DNA of 64,000 bases, from positions 11,904,001 through 11,968,000 of the forward strand of contig OZ024765.1 in assembly GCA_964016885.1 (NCBI GenBank), in the 5' to 3' direction. Shown here piece by piece: positions 15,861 to 29,153 of the stretch. The notes under the pieces were generated by a model that was not told the DNA's origin, ran no database searches, and was given only the letters and a program-made list of their open reading frames with translations. Origin of the DNA: Eledone cirrhosa. Its lineage: Eukaryota. A program made the position numbers and the translations under genes. Every line of letters starts with the position of its first letter. The stretch's first letter is position 1.

Positions 15861-16789
15861 TATATATATATATATAATGTAAATATTGTGTGTCAGGGGC
15901 CAATATTTGTGTTCATTTTACATATATGTATATATAAACATAGATGAGAAAACACAAACGCACACACATATACATGTACACACCTACATATATGCATGCA
16001 CACACATATACAAAAATACATACAAACATACAAACACACATGTATATACAAACATACAAACACATATACAAACATACAAACACATACATATACAAAACTA
16101 TATACACATACAAACACACACACATACATATACAAACATACAAACAAACATACAAACACATATACACATACAAACATACAAACACATATACATATACAAA
16201 ACTATATACACATACTTACATACAAACACACATGCACATACAAACATACAAACACATATGCATATACAAAACTATATACACATACTTACATACAAACACA
16301 CATGCATATACAAACATACAAACACATACAAACATACAAACACATATACACATACGAACTTACAAAGACATGTACACATACAAACACACAACATATACAC
16401 ATACAGACAAACAAACATACACATACATAGATAAAAACACATACAAACAATGCCTTTCCTATCTGAGCCATGTAGCTACAATCATAATACACCATATATA
16501 CACGCATGGATGAATTGAGGGAGAAACTGGGTAAGAGGGATCAAAAATAGTGTGTAGGTGAGGAGACCGCACTGGTATGGACATGTGATGTACTAGAATT
16601 GTTTTCCATACACTGACATGTATGTGTATATATGTGTGCAAGTGTGTATGTGCATATGCATACCTTTATAAGTAAGAGTATATAAATATAAACGTGTAAA
16701 CACAGACACTTACAAAAATACGCACACACATACATTCACACAAATACATTCACACAAACACACACACATACATTCACACACACACTCAC

Positions 16790-17012
16790 AGCGTAATTTT
16801 TTCACCACCCCGATCCTTCATTTTACACACACATACATTCATGCAGGCAACATATGTAAAGAGAGAGGAGCAGTATGAGGTAGTCAAACTACTCCTCTCT
16901 CTTTACATTCACGCCGGCAGTAGACATAAAGAGAGAGGAGCAGTATGAGGTAGTCAAACTACTCCTCTCTCTTTACATGTTGTGACAGAATCACAGAAAT
17001 TTATATATAGAT
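16790..17012 (-). mobile_element. Helitron-like 5' portion with a duplicated hairpin
   Basis: Minus strand starts A|TCTATATATAAATTTCTGTGATTCTGTC; two copies of the hairpin TAAAGAGAGAGGAG..CTCCTCTCTCTTTA. Confidence 0.45.
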
Positions 17013-17033
17013 AGATAGATAGATAGATAGATA

Positions 17034-17310
17034 TATGGCAAACTCCCTCGAGCCTCTGCCCTTCTAAAATCCCGGAGAGCTCAATTTGCTGGCCACTGTC
17101 ACCGTGCCAGCAATGAAATCATATCCGCTCTCTTGCTCTGGAACCCTGACTCCAGCCTGACTAGGAGTAGGAAGCTGTCATTCCCTGACATTATCTCTAG
17201 GGATACGGGAGTCAGTAGACAGGACCTGGGGGCAGCAATGGGGGACAGGGAATTCTGGGGCATGAGAGTGAGATCCATCATCTCGACAGTAGTCGACGAG
17301 TGATGGTGAT
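17034..17310 (+). mobile_element. RTE-X-like LINE 3' end (second family)
   Basis: Open frame YGKLPRASALLKSRRAQFAGHCHRASNEIISALLLWNP..RKLSFPDIISRDTG..MGDREFW..*. Confidence 0.85.
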
Positions 17311-17319
17311 GTGATATAG

Positions 17320-17530
17320 ATGATGATGGTTGGGTGAAGAAGTGACAAGTAATCTCAGTGGAAGGAAGCCACAGTAGAGGAAGACCAAGGAAGACCTGGA
17401 CGGAAGGAGTGAGAGCTGATCTCAGATCGCTAAAGCTCACAGAGGAGATGACAAAGGAACGCGACAGGTAGAAAGATGCTGTACTGAGAAGGATCTGTCC
17501 AACCCATGCGAGTATGGAACAACAGACGGA
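17320..17530 (+). mobile_element. RTE LINE 3' end with (GAT)n tail
   Basis: VEGSHSRGRPRKTWTEGVRADLRSLKLTEEMTKERDR (with stops), then AACCCATGCGAGTATGGAA and (GAT)n. Confidence 0.85.
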
Positions 17531-17783
17531 TGATGATGACAATGATGATGATGATGATGATGATGACAATGACAATGATGATGATGATGATGATGACAAT
17601 GATGATGATGATGATGAGGGTAATAATGCTGATGATGATGAAGATAATGAAGATGATGATGATGATGATGATGATGATGATAATAATGAAGATGATGACA
17701 ATGATGATGATGATGATGATGATAATAATAATGAAGATGATGACAATGATGATGATGACGATGACGACGACGACGACGATGAT
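17530..17783. repeat. (GAT/GAC/AAT)n trinucleotide expansion of the LINE tail
   Basis: The poly-D, poly-M and poly-S ORFs are all readings of this tract. Confidence 0.95.
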
Positions 17784-17845
17784 ATTTGTAACTCTTTAAA
17801 ATCTACGCAGCATACACACACAATAGATTTCTTATCTCAATCATA

Positions 17846-18100
17846 TTCTTATTCTTCTCCTTCTTCTTCTTCTTCTTCTTCGCCCACTTATTCCTGAGAG
17901 GGTGTCGTGAGGGGCAGAGTCCTCAAACACTCCTTCCAGTGGGCCCTGTCACAAGAAACCATCTCCAACTGATCCAGCTGGATCTGCTGGATGCCCCCAA
18001 GCGTGACCAGCCAAGCTCATGGATGTCATTCTTCAACCATTTTTCTTGCGGTCTGCCCCTGGGTCTCCTGCCAGTTGTTTTTTACCCGTAAAGTCCAACC
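17846..18100 (-). mobile_element. Rex3/Expander-like RTE 3' end with (GAA)n tail
   Basis: Minus strand GRRPRGRPQEKW..IHELGWSRLG..LEMVSCDRAHWKECLRTLP (frameshifted). Confidence 0.75.
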
Positions 18101-18250
18101 CTCCTCAACGTGGCAGGGCGGTGGCAACGGGTAGTGTCAGAGCTATGCCGTCGGGAACTTCGGTCCCTGGTAGGGCCACCCGAGGCGGATTGGTCTGGCA
18201 CCCAGCGGTATTAGGGCCACAACCCGGCAAAAGGGGGCTCTGGTGAAAAT
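18100..18250 (+). mobile_element. RTE-type 5' UTR-like segment
   Basis: GAGCTATGCCGTCGGG..CCCTGGTAGGGCCACCCGAGGCGGATTGGTC resembles RTE 5' UTR motifs. Confidence 0.5.
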
Positions 18251-18413
18251 CCAAGAGGTGTCTGTTCCAGTAACCGGCGGCTTTGGGTCGTTTCTGTCCC
18301 TGCGTCTGTGGAGAATCTGCGGCAATCGGGACGTTTTTTTCCCCCTCGTTCGGGATATACATGCGGGTTTTTTGGGGACCGCTTGTGAATTCACTACTCC
18401 CATGACACTTCTT

Positions 18414-18660
18414 CCATGAATCCTACAAATACGAACTGTAAGACCTGGGCAACGATGATCAAGGAGGACCTCTCCGAACTCTCAGGTCCGCAGGTGGTCG
18501 ACCTGCGCCGATGGAACCGTGACTGGCTCGCTATCTTCAGCGACCTAGCCCGGGAGCGTCGTGCGTGGGCTGCCATGGTTCGGGATGCCGTCGGGACAAG
18601 GGAAGAAGCCGGCTCAACCCGTCCAGGGTGAATGTCGACACAAGTACAAGTAAGTAAGTA
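18414..18660 (+). mobile_element. RTE LINE 3' end with CAAGTA/AAGT tail
   Basis: KTWATMIKEDLSELSGPQVVDLRRWNRDWL..LARERRAWAAMVRDAV..AGSTRPG*, then ACAAGTACAAGTAAGTAAGTA. Confidence 0.85.
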
Positions 18661-19693
18661 AAAATCTGTCCAGGGATTCTTGCCTGAGACATTCAATCAT
18701 ATCGCTACAATAATTTTGCTTTCTAATCACAAGGTCCTCAGTTCTAACCCTACATACGTCCCAGCAAATTGTTATTTCTTCAAAGTTGCCAGACTGGGTG
18801 GTGTTGAACCAGGTGGTAAGTTAAGTCTGTTACCCTAGGATTTGAACTCAATTATACTAAGAATGAGAATAAATACTATTAGATTTCTTGTCTGCCATTT
18901 TAATAATTCCACCAAATTAACTGTGTTGTGTATATATGTAAGTGTAGTGCATATGTGTGTGTATGTATGTATATATGTGTGTAAGGGCATGTTTTAATGC
19001 ATGTGTGTGTACATGTGTATGGTGCGTACGATGTGTGAGTACATGTGTGTATATGATAGGAGCATATGTGTGTATATGATATGATATTAGTGTGTGTGTG
19101 TGTGTGTATATGATATGATATGAGTGTGTGTGTGTGTGTACATATATATATATGTACATATGTATAATGTGTGTGTGTGTGGTATATGAGCATGTTGTAC
19201 ATGTACATACACATATATGTATATGCATATGTGTATGTATGCATATGCATGTGTATATATACATATATATAAGTATGTGTGTGTATGTATATAAACATGT
19301 ATATATATATATATGTGTGTGTGTGTGGTGTATGAGTATATTGTATGTTCATGCATATATATGTGATTGTGTGTATAAACACACTCATATATATATATAT
19401 GTATATATATATGTGTGTGCATAAACATGTGTATATATATATATATATATATGTATGTATATATATATGAGTGTATGTATAAATATGTATATATATATGT
19501 GTGTTTATATATACATGTGTGTATATATATATACATATATATATATGTGTGTGTGTATATATATATATATACATATATATATGTGTGTGTATATATATAT
19601 ACATATATATATGTGTGTATTGTGTATATATATATATGTATATGTGAGTATGTATAAATATATATATGTGTGTGTATGTGTATATATATATAC

Positions 19694-19738
<45 letters not shown>

Positions 19739-20554
19739 TATATACATATATATATATATATGTGTGTGTGTGTATGTACATGTATAAATCTACACATGTA
19801 GCTACGCCATGTTATAGCTATTTACTACTACATAAATGTTATAAAAACCAAGATAAAACTTTGGTTCGCGTTTTAAAGACAAAATTAAATTAAGATGAAA
19901 TATATATTTCAATTAACTTTATCAAGCTATTAAATTAAATTTATTAAATTAAATTTATCACATCAAGACAGTTTTCCTACTAAATTCCCTTCCCTGGCAG
20001 ATAAAGAAGTTGACAGTTGATTGGAAAATCAACCAATAGTTCAATAATGTGATTTAGTTTTGCTAGTTTTTTAAAGATTTTGTTAAAGTTTACTCTAGAG
20101 GAAGAAGGGCAGTGACCTTAAATGACCCCTATAAATGCAGGGTCCCGGAGGCTTGTAGAGATAAAGGGGGAAGATGACAATACAGCTTGTAAGTAGTTGT
20201 AGCAGGGAGAAGTTTTAGTCTTTAACAGGTGACCTTGGTTTGTGTATATTATCATCATCATCATCATCATCATCACCACCACCATTTGCAGCATCATTAT
20301 CATCATCATCATTATCATCACCCACACTCTTACATCATCATCATCATCATCACCATCACCATTCTTTACATCAGCTATTCTATGCAGGCATAAATATATA
20401 ATTTTTGATGATTTAATGTTAAAGAATAAAAACAAGCGATAAAAAACATATTTATAAAAAAAGGAAACCCCTAAGGCTGTCCCCCACTAAACTATAGCTT
20501 AGTTAGCTTATAGGTAAGTCCAGTACTGGCTCCGCCAAACATCAGAGCCTGGTG

Positions 20555-21500
20555 ACGTCTCTGATCATCCATACATCTGTCTCTGATCTTCCATACATCT
20601 AAAAGTGTCTGGTCTTCCATACATGTAAACACGTCTGATCTTCAATACAATTAAATGCATCTGATCTTCCATACATCTAAATGTGTCTGATATTCCATAC
20701 ATCTGCATCTGATCTTCCATACATCGAAACTTTTCTGGTCTTCCATATATCTAAATGTGTCTGGTCTTCCATACATCTAAATGTGTCTGATCTTCCATAC
20801 ATCTAAATACGTCTGGTCTTCTATGCATCTAAATGCCTCTGATATTCCATACATCTGTGTCTGATATTCCATATATTTAAATGTGTCTGATATTCCATAC
20901 ATTTAAATGTCTCATCTTCCATACATCTAAATGTGTCTGATCATCCATACATTTAAATACACCTGGTCTTCTGTACACCTAAATGCCTCTGATATTCCAT
21001 ACAACTAAATGTGCCTGGTCGTCCATATATCTAAATGCTTCTAATATTCCACACAATTAAATGTGTCTTGTCTTCCATATATCTAAATGTGTCTGATATT
21101 CCATACATTTAAATGTCTCATCTTCCATACATCTAAATGTGTCTGATCATCCATACATCTAAATACACCTGGTCTTCTGTACACCTAAATGCCTCTGATA
21201 TTCCATACAACTAAATGTGCCTGGTCTTCCATATATCTAAATGCTTCTAATATTCCACACAATTAAATGTGTCTTGTCTTCTATATATCTAAATGTGTCT
21301 GATCATCCATACATCTAAATACACCTGGTCTTCTGTACACCTAAATGCCTCTGATATTCCATACAATTAAATATGCCTGGTCTTCCATATACCTAAATGC
21401 TTCTAATATTCCACACCATTAAATGTGTCTTGTCTTCCATATATTTAAATGTGTCTGATCTTCCATATAATTAAATGTGTCTGGTCTTCCATACATCTTA
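20555..21500. repeat. 26-bp minisatellite with multi-unit duplications
   Basis: Unit GTGTCTGATCTTCCATACATCTAAAT; variant blocks recur at about 206- and 156-bp spacing. Confidence 0.92.
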
Positions 21501-22027
21501 ATAGAATAAGCTAATAATGGAAAACTTCCATAACACACTTGAATTCAAACTTGAATGAGCTGCTTTTGCCTTGACACAAATAGAAAATACAATCTAATAT
21601 ATACAGCTGTCTCCCAAACATTATTAACAGAAGCTATCCAAATTAATAGCTTCTTTTCAACACTGAGAATATATTACTGAACTAATATCTGAATGTATGC
21701 TTTCTTAGAAACACTATTACGTAAAAATGCTGGCAACAATGATGTACATATATTCTCAGAAGACATAACAAGCTTCAACTTAACTTACATAAAATATTAA
21801 CCATCTACAAATTGTTCTATATTAAAAATAGTTCGGTCCCACAATGGAAGCTGTCAATTACAGAATAACTCCAGTAACCTATTATTATTTTTACTATTCT
21901 TTCTTTATCACACTTGTCTTTCTTTGCTTACGGAATTGTGTTAATATTGTGATTGTTATTAACCTATATTGTGGTTTACTAATGCTGTGATTGTTAATAA
22001 TGCTCACACTGTTAGCAACATATTGTG

Positions 22028-22230
22028 GTGATTGTTAGTTATACTCAGATTGTTAGCAATGTACTGTGGCTTGCTAATGCTGTGATTGTTAGTTATACTC
22101 AGATTGTTAGCAATGTACTGTGGCTTGCTAATGCTGTGATTGTTAGTTATACTCAGATTGTTAGCAATGTACTGTGGCTTGCTAATGCTGTGATTGTTAA
22201 TAATACTGAGATTGTTAGTAATACTCGGAT
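22028..22230. repeat. 54-bp tandem repeat, 3-4 copies
   Basis: GTGATTGTTAGTTATACTCAGATTGTTAGCAATGTACTGTGGCTTGCTAATGCT. Confidence 0.92.
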
Positions 22231-22328
22231 TGATAACTTTGCCTTTCATCCTTACGGGGTCAATAAAATAAAGTACCAGTAACGCACTGGTTGGTTGCTG
22301 GCCTTGTGCCAAACGTAGAAACAATTAT

Positions 22329-22638
22329 TTTACGTCTGCTTTTCCTTGCTTGCAAGGGTGGGACAGGAACTGATTCTGGCTTGATTTCTACAGCTGGATG
22401 CCCTTCCTAACACCAACCTCATTTACAGTGAGTGCTGGGTGCTGTTTTGCCATGGCACCTCCACGACCACTTTGCAGTGGAATGATAGGGACCCCAGTCC
22501 CTATCATCTCATTTCTACAGCTGAGTGGGAAATAAAGTGTCTTGCTCAAGGAAACAACACATCACCCGGTCTGAGAATTGAACTCACAACCTTTCGATTG
22601 CAAGGCCAATGCTCTAACCACTAAGCCATGTGCCTCCA
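22329..22638 (-). mobile_element. tRNA-derived SINE family 2 (CORE-like centre, RTE-type tail)
   Basis: Head with A box TGGCTTAGTGG and B box GTTCAATTC, CCTTGAGCAAGACACTT centre, GGAAGGGCATCCAGCTGTAGAAA; near-identical copy at 55148-55468. Confidence 0.85.
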
Positions 22639-22796
22639 TATATATATATATATATAAACACACACATATATATATATAAACACACTCACACACACACTAT
22701 ACAATTACCCTGTCAAATTTTATGAAAATCTATAAAACCTGATGTTTATGTCACTCCACCAGTTCCACAGTAAACTAAAATACTTTGCTATATAGT

Positions 22797-23369
22797 CATC
22801 TATCTACATCATCATCACCACCACCACCACCACCATACTCAACATCATCACTACCATCATAACCACCATCATCACCACCACCGCCATCATCATCACCAGC
22901 ACCACCATCATCATTATCATCATCAACATCATCATCATCACTACCAGCATCACCACCACCACCACCACCACCACCATCATCATTATCAACATCATCACTA
23001 CCAGCATCATAGTCATCATCATCATCACCATTTTTCAAACCATCATCATCTCTGCTGTTGCTGCCATCATCATCATCATCATCATTATCATTATCTTCAC
23101 CACCACCACTCCCATGACTATCATCACCATCACCACCACTATCACTATCATCATCATCAGCACCATTATAACCACCATCACCATCATCTCCATCATCATT
23201 ACCACCACCACCACCGCATCATCATCCCCACCACCACCATCACCACCACCACCATTACCACCACCACCACCACGATCAACACCATCATCACTGCCACCTC
23301 CACCATCACCGCCATCACCACCAACACCATTACCACCACCACCACCACCATCACCGCCATCACCACCAT

Positions 23370-23401
<32 letters not shown>

Positions 23402-23622
23402 CCTCCACCACTGCCACCACCATCACCGCCATCACCACCATTACCACCACCACCACCACCATCATCACTGCCACCTCCACCATCACCGCCATCACCACCA
23501 ACACCAACACCATTACCTCCACCACCACCACCACGATCACCACCACCACCACCACCACCACCATCATCATCACCTCCACCACTGCCACCACCACCATCAC
23601 CACAACCACCACCATTACATCA
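22797..23622. repeat. (CAT)n/(CAC)n trinucleotide field
   Basis: Poly-P, poly-G and poly-V ORFs are artefacts; similar fields at 42900-43650, 45810-46900, 58670-60870. Confidence 0.95.
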
Positions 23623-23941
23623 TTTAATGTCCTTTTTTCCCTATATTCAATATATTTTTAGAATTTTCAATTTTTATTCTTATTTACCATTTATATATAT
23701 ATTCTTTGGATTATCATTTTTTTTATCCAATTTTCCTATTATATTCTCAGTTTTATTAAACAATATCTCATGAAGGTAGCAAACTCTAGCTGTATATATC
23801 TATTATTAGAATTATTAGAAAACGTGTGTGTGTATACATATATATATATATATATGTATGTGTGTGTATATATAAATAGATATGTGTGTGTATGTAAGTG
23901 TGTGTATATATATATAAATAGATAATATATATAAATAGATA

Positions 23942-23976
<35 letters not shown>

Positions 23977-24382
23977 TATATGTCTGTGTGTGTATATATA
24001 AATAGATATGTGTGTGTATGTAAGTGTGTGTATATATATATAAATAGATAATATATATATATATATCATCACCGTTTTACATCCATTCTTCCATGCTAGC
24101 AAGGGCTATAGCTGTGTATAAATATATATATGTGTGTATGTATATATATATGTATATATATATATACATTTTCATTTTCATTGTTACGAAAAGATTTAAT
24201 AACTATGTTTTCACTTATAGAGATTTTCTATTTAAGAGACCCTCCGAGTATATAATATCATATATATATATATACACATATACACATATATACATGTGTA
24301 TATCCACACCCATTTTGAATTGATCGCATGTAGTCTCTTTTACGAGTACGTCACCTAACATTTTATACATCAATATTGGATA

Positions 24383-24434
24383 TTGTCTGAAGAAGGCATA
24401 CTATGATTTAGCATACCTGAAATATATGTAACAA
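24383..24434 (+). ncRNA. Type I hammerhead ribozyme motif, family C
   Basis: TTGT-CTGAAGA-AGGCATACTA-TGATT-TAGCATACCT-GAA-ATATATGT-A-ACAA; stem II has 2 mismatches; GUA site; downstream tail is repeated inverted at 24732-24780. Confidence 0.7.
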
Positions 24435-24476
24435 AATAAATAATGATGCTATAGTGATATATAATCCATTTATCTC

Positions 24477-24527
<51 letters not shown>

Positions 24528-24528
<1 letters not shown>

Positions 24529-24715
24529 ATTGTTTCTACTTTAGGCACAAGGCCAGCAATTATCCAGTGCATTACTGGTACTTTATTTTATCGACCCCGT
24601 AAGGATGAAAGGCAAAGTCAACCTCGGCGGGATTTGAACTCAGATCGTAAAGGGACGTAACTATGCTGGAAAGCATGGCGTCCGACCCTCTACCGATACT
24701 GCCAATCCACCGCCC
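24528..24715 (-). mobile_element. tRNA-derived SINE family 1 (about 190 bp)
   Basis: GGCGGTGGATTGGCAGTATCGGTAGAG head, B box GAGTTCAAATCC, centre GCCTTTCATCCTTACGGGGTCGATAAAAT; copies at 32098-32282, 32606-32795, 48200-48388, 52902-53087, 53145-53332, 53353-53542, 54286-54422, 61914-62096; fragments at 9462 and 22231. Confidence 0.9.
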
Positions 24716-24770
24716 TTATATATATATATATATAATAGAGATAAATGGATTATATATCACTATAGCATCA

Positions 24771-24818
<48 letters not shown>

Positions 24819-24822
24819 ATAT

Positions 24823-25005
24823 ATAGGAATGAGTAGGACCTCGACGGCTAATTTGGACTAAATTCAGTCCAGAATTAGCCGTCGAAACGGCTTGAGCTCA
24901 GCCGTTGGGGTCATACTTGTTCCTATTACCCACTCTACTACCCTAAGCATTGAGTACTTTGGTGCGTTATGGTCCATCTGGTTCCTTACCACATTTCCTT
25001 CGTTA
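24823..25005 (+). mobile_element. Fold-back element, family B
   Basis: Stem II GACGGCTAATT..AATTAGCCGTC, GAAA, stem III ACGGCT..AGCCGT, full tail to ..CCTTCGT(TA)n; the 5' core is replaced by the inverted arm. Confidence 0.75.
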
Positions 25006-25298
25006 TATATATATAACCAGCATAATTTAATGGCTCTCTTCCCTGCTAGTAAGGATTAGATGGGTGTTCATCAACCAAATCAGACCAAGGAAACAATGCT
25101 TCCATTGGTCTTTCCATTGCTAATACTATCTACCGGTCGCAACCCCTGGCAGATGGAGCAATGTGAAATAAAGTGTCTTGCCCAAGGACACAATGCATCA
25201 CCTGGTCCAAGAATTGAACTCGCATCTTTACGATTGCGAATCAAGCTCACTAACCACTAAGCCACATGCCTTCACATGTATATACATATATGTACATA

Positions 25299-25331
<33 letters not shown>

Positions 25332-25672
25332 GAATGTATGTATAGTATATTTAGCAATATACTGTATGTTTAATTAAAAACATTTAGAAGACCATTCGCT
25401 ATGAGTTTTAAAGTAGTGACTATGTCACTTACGTATTCTCGGCAAAAGCAAAGAAGAGTGATCAACAGTCCTATTTCTCGCTCATTAGTGTTTATCAAGA
25501 CCACTCACCCCTCCACTTCTGCCAAGGGTTATAGAAGCTGGATTCTTATAGAATTTCCAGTAATGTTTAAGAGCTGATTAAACAGAGCAGTTACTGGTCC
25601 ATTAAAAATTACGTATTAGTATTGGTCCTCTGAAATATTGATGTATAATGAATGTATGTATAGTATATTTGG

Positions 25673-25706
<34 letters not shown>

Positions 25707-25850
25707 TAAACAAAGTTTCATACATTTATCATGAATGTGCTGCCATTGGTTTCAGGATCAAGTTATGGCCACCACTGTACATTGGAGGAGGCATTTTTAA
25801 AATGGCCCTTCTTCGAGCACAGGACTTATATATATACATATATATATATA

Positions 25851-26175
25851 TGAAAAGCGTCAGGACCCCAATGGCTGGGCTCCAGCCATTTCAATAGCTA
25901 GATCCAAACTGTTCGGATCTGGCTGTCGAAATGGCCAGAGTCCTGACTCTTTTCCTATTATTTACTCTACTAACCTAAGTATTGAGTACTCTGGTGCATT
26001 ATGGTTCACCTGGTTCCTTACCACACCCTCTTTGTTATTTATATATATATGTGTGTATATATATATATTAATATCATTGATATTATACTCCAGAAAACCT
26101 GTCGAGGGCTTCGAATCATTTATAAATATATATATTTGTTGAATTACCAACAAATTAAATATCCCTTTGCTTATA
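25851..26175 (+). mobile_element. Family B fold-back element followed by a family D tail
   Basis: Palindrome whose apex is stem II (GCTAGATCCAAAC-T-GTTCGGATCTGGC), tail to 26040; 26067-26175 matches the family D tail. Confidence 0.65.
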
Positions 26176-26197
26176 TCACATCATCATCATCATCATC

Positions 26198-26470
26198 ATC
26201 AACGTTTAACGTCCGTGTTCCATGCTTGCATGGGTTTGGACGGGGGTAGTCCCACTTGAGGCAAGAGTGATTGTCTTGTTCGCATAGGACTGTCTGGCAG
26301 GTTTTCTACAGTTGGATGCCCTTCCTGACACCAACCACATTTACAGTGTGGGTCTGGGAGGTTTTTACCGTGTTGCCTACATGGCCACATTACAGCGTGG
26401 ACTGTGTGTTTTTTTGTCGTGACACCTACACGATCTCATTTGTTTCGGCCTGGATGGCGCGGCACCAACA
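26198..26470 (-). mobile_element. SINE family 2 subfamily, 3' part
   Basis: (CAT)n tail and GGATGCCCTTCCTGACACCAACC; near-identical copy at 49250-49487; related copies at 30176-30330 and 56718-56995. Confidence 0.85.
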
Positions 26471-26509
26471 TAACTTTACATAGAACGGGGTGGTGTGGAT
26501 GGGGTGGGG

Positions 26510-26550
<41 letters not shown>

Positions 26551-26608
26551 TAACCTCTAACTGGATTACCTTAAACAATACCTTCTTATCATATATATAT
26601 ATTTATAT

Positions 26609-27125
26609 TAGGTTGTAATGAAGAAAGTTCCCTCTGCTTTTAAGATTCATTAAAACAAAAGACATAATATTAGATTTATTTGATTGCTAATATAGCCACC
26701 ATTCTCCTCTATGACCTCTCTTCTGTCAATTCAGCTTTCAATGTCACATACATAAAATTCTTTAAGTTTTTCTATTAAAAAAGAAACTAACTCGTTTTCG
26801 ACATATTCTCTTAAAGTAAGTCTTAATCCTCCCAAATGATGTTGCAAACTTCTAAATAGATGTTAAACAGCTGGTGGGAGGTCTGGGGAATATTGTGGGT
26901 GAAGCATAATTTCCTAGGTATATTTTTCTTGGAGATTTTTTAACTTTGGTGCAGTGTGAGGTCTAGTGTTATTATGATAATCTGGGGAATATTGTGGGCG
27001 AAGCATAATTTCCCAGGTATATTTTTCTTGGAAATTTTTTAACTTTGGTGCAGTGTGAGGTCTAGTGCTGTCATGATAAAGAATGACTCCTTTTCTGTTA
27101 GCTAATGCTGCAAAGCTCCTTTCAA
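26609..27125 (-). pseudogene. Mariner transposase relic (C-terminal half with right TIR)
   Basis: RKGVILYHDSTRPHTA..WEIMLRPQYSPD (HDNARPH and YSPDL motifs); about 100-bp internal duplication; TIR-like TTAGGTTGTAATGAAGAAAGTTCC at 26608. Confidence 0.85.
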
Positions 27126-27609
27126 ACATCTTAGCTGTTGAAACCTAGCCAGAAACAGTTCTGTATGGCTAAGACACGGTCACCTCACCCAACGTGCCTC
27201 AAATAGGACAACCCGTTTAATTCATATAAGCATGGAAAATGTACGTTAAACGACGATGATGGTGATGGTGATGATGATGGTGATGACATTGCTTCCTTTC
27301 ACTTTAAAAAGAGACGGCCACATTGGATAATACAATCATAGACTGAAATGTAATACCTGAGAAGTGCCACTGCCTGTGGACATATCTCTTCTCAGCCGAT
27401 GCTGGATGACCTAGGGTTCAATAACAACAACAACAACAACAGAAAACACACTTAGAAAAACAAGAAACTACAATCCTGCTTGTATCTATGCATGTGGGTT
27501 GGAGGAAAGACATAAGCTTGCTCTGATAAAGTAAATGACACACTACACATTGATAAATATTTTCACATAGAGCCACTATGACCTGAAGGCTTGCAGAATA
27601 AAATATATG

Positions 27610-27700
<91 letters not shown>

Positions 27701-27750
27701 GTTTTTATATATATATATATACGTGTTTATATATATATATATATATATAC

Positions 27751-27797
<47 letters not shown>

Positions 27798-27855
27798 TAT
27801 ATACGTTTTTATATATATATATATACGTGTTTATATATATATATATATATACGTT

Positions 27856-27902
<47 letters not shown>

Positions 27903-27948
27903 CAGATATACATTTATATTATATATACATACATATTGGATATACATT

Positions 27949-27980
<32 letters not shown>

Positions 27981-28030
27981 AATACTTGTATATATATACA
28001 TATATAAATGCATATATATATACATATATA

Positions 28031-28074
<44 letters not shown>

Positions 28075-28300
28075 AATAGATATATATATATACATATATA
28101 TATATATAGATATATATATATACAAATATATTATACATATACACATATATACAGATACACCTATATACACATATACATATATATACAATATATACATATA
28201 TATACATATACACATACATATATATACACATACATCTATATACACATACATATATATATATATATATATGCATATATATACGTGCATATATGTATATATA

Positions 28301-28341
<41 letters not shown>

Positions 28342-28367
28342 TATATATATATATATATATGCATATA

Positions 28368-28434
<67 letters not shown>

Positions 28435-29031
28435 TTATATATATGCATATACATACATATATACATATATATACATATATAATATATGCACATATATACA
28501 TACAAAGTATTCCCACCACACATACTCATAGATGTCTGAATGCCCCCTCCCCCCTTCTTAACACGCACCATCCCATCACTGATATCACATTATTGATTTC
28601 ATATCCCATGAATATCAATCATGTTATCTCACAGATACGTACATACGAGGTTGGAATACACAACACGGTGTATACTACGAAGGAAGGAAGGAGAGAAAGA
28701 CGGCAGGGAAGAAGGGACGGTGGTACAAAGGATATTAGTTTATTGAGATATAATGGCTTGGAGATAAACTGGTACAAATGATATGCACCGGTCAAGGGAT
28801 ATGGCATCGGGCAGAAATTATGGCTGCACGGCCCACCATATGTCGTAAATAAGATATCAATCTATAATTCTGCCATGATATAGTGACATTTTATTATCAT
28901 GCGAACACTTCGATATTTCGATATATGTTAAATATTGCATATGTGTGTGTGTGTGTGTGTGTCTGTGTGTGTGTGTGTGTGTAGTGTGTGTACGTGCATA
29001 AATATGTCTGTGTGTATGCATATACATGTGC

Positions 29032-29072
<41 letters not shown>

Positions 29073-29096
29073 TCGCTATATTTGTATGTTGTGCTC

Positions 29097-29153
<57 letters not shown>

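Noticed and set aside
20090-20240. GC-richer unique segment as a possible exon
   Set aside because: No consistent splice sites enclosing an open frame
23114-23773. Proline-rich extensin- or formin-like ORF
   Set aside because: Translation of a (CAC)n/(CAT)n microsatellite
24528-24715. tRNA genes at SINE heads
   Set aside because: A and B boxes are present, but there is no cloverleaf and the heads are fused to SINE bodies
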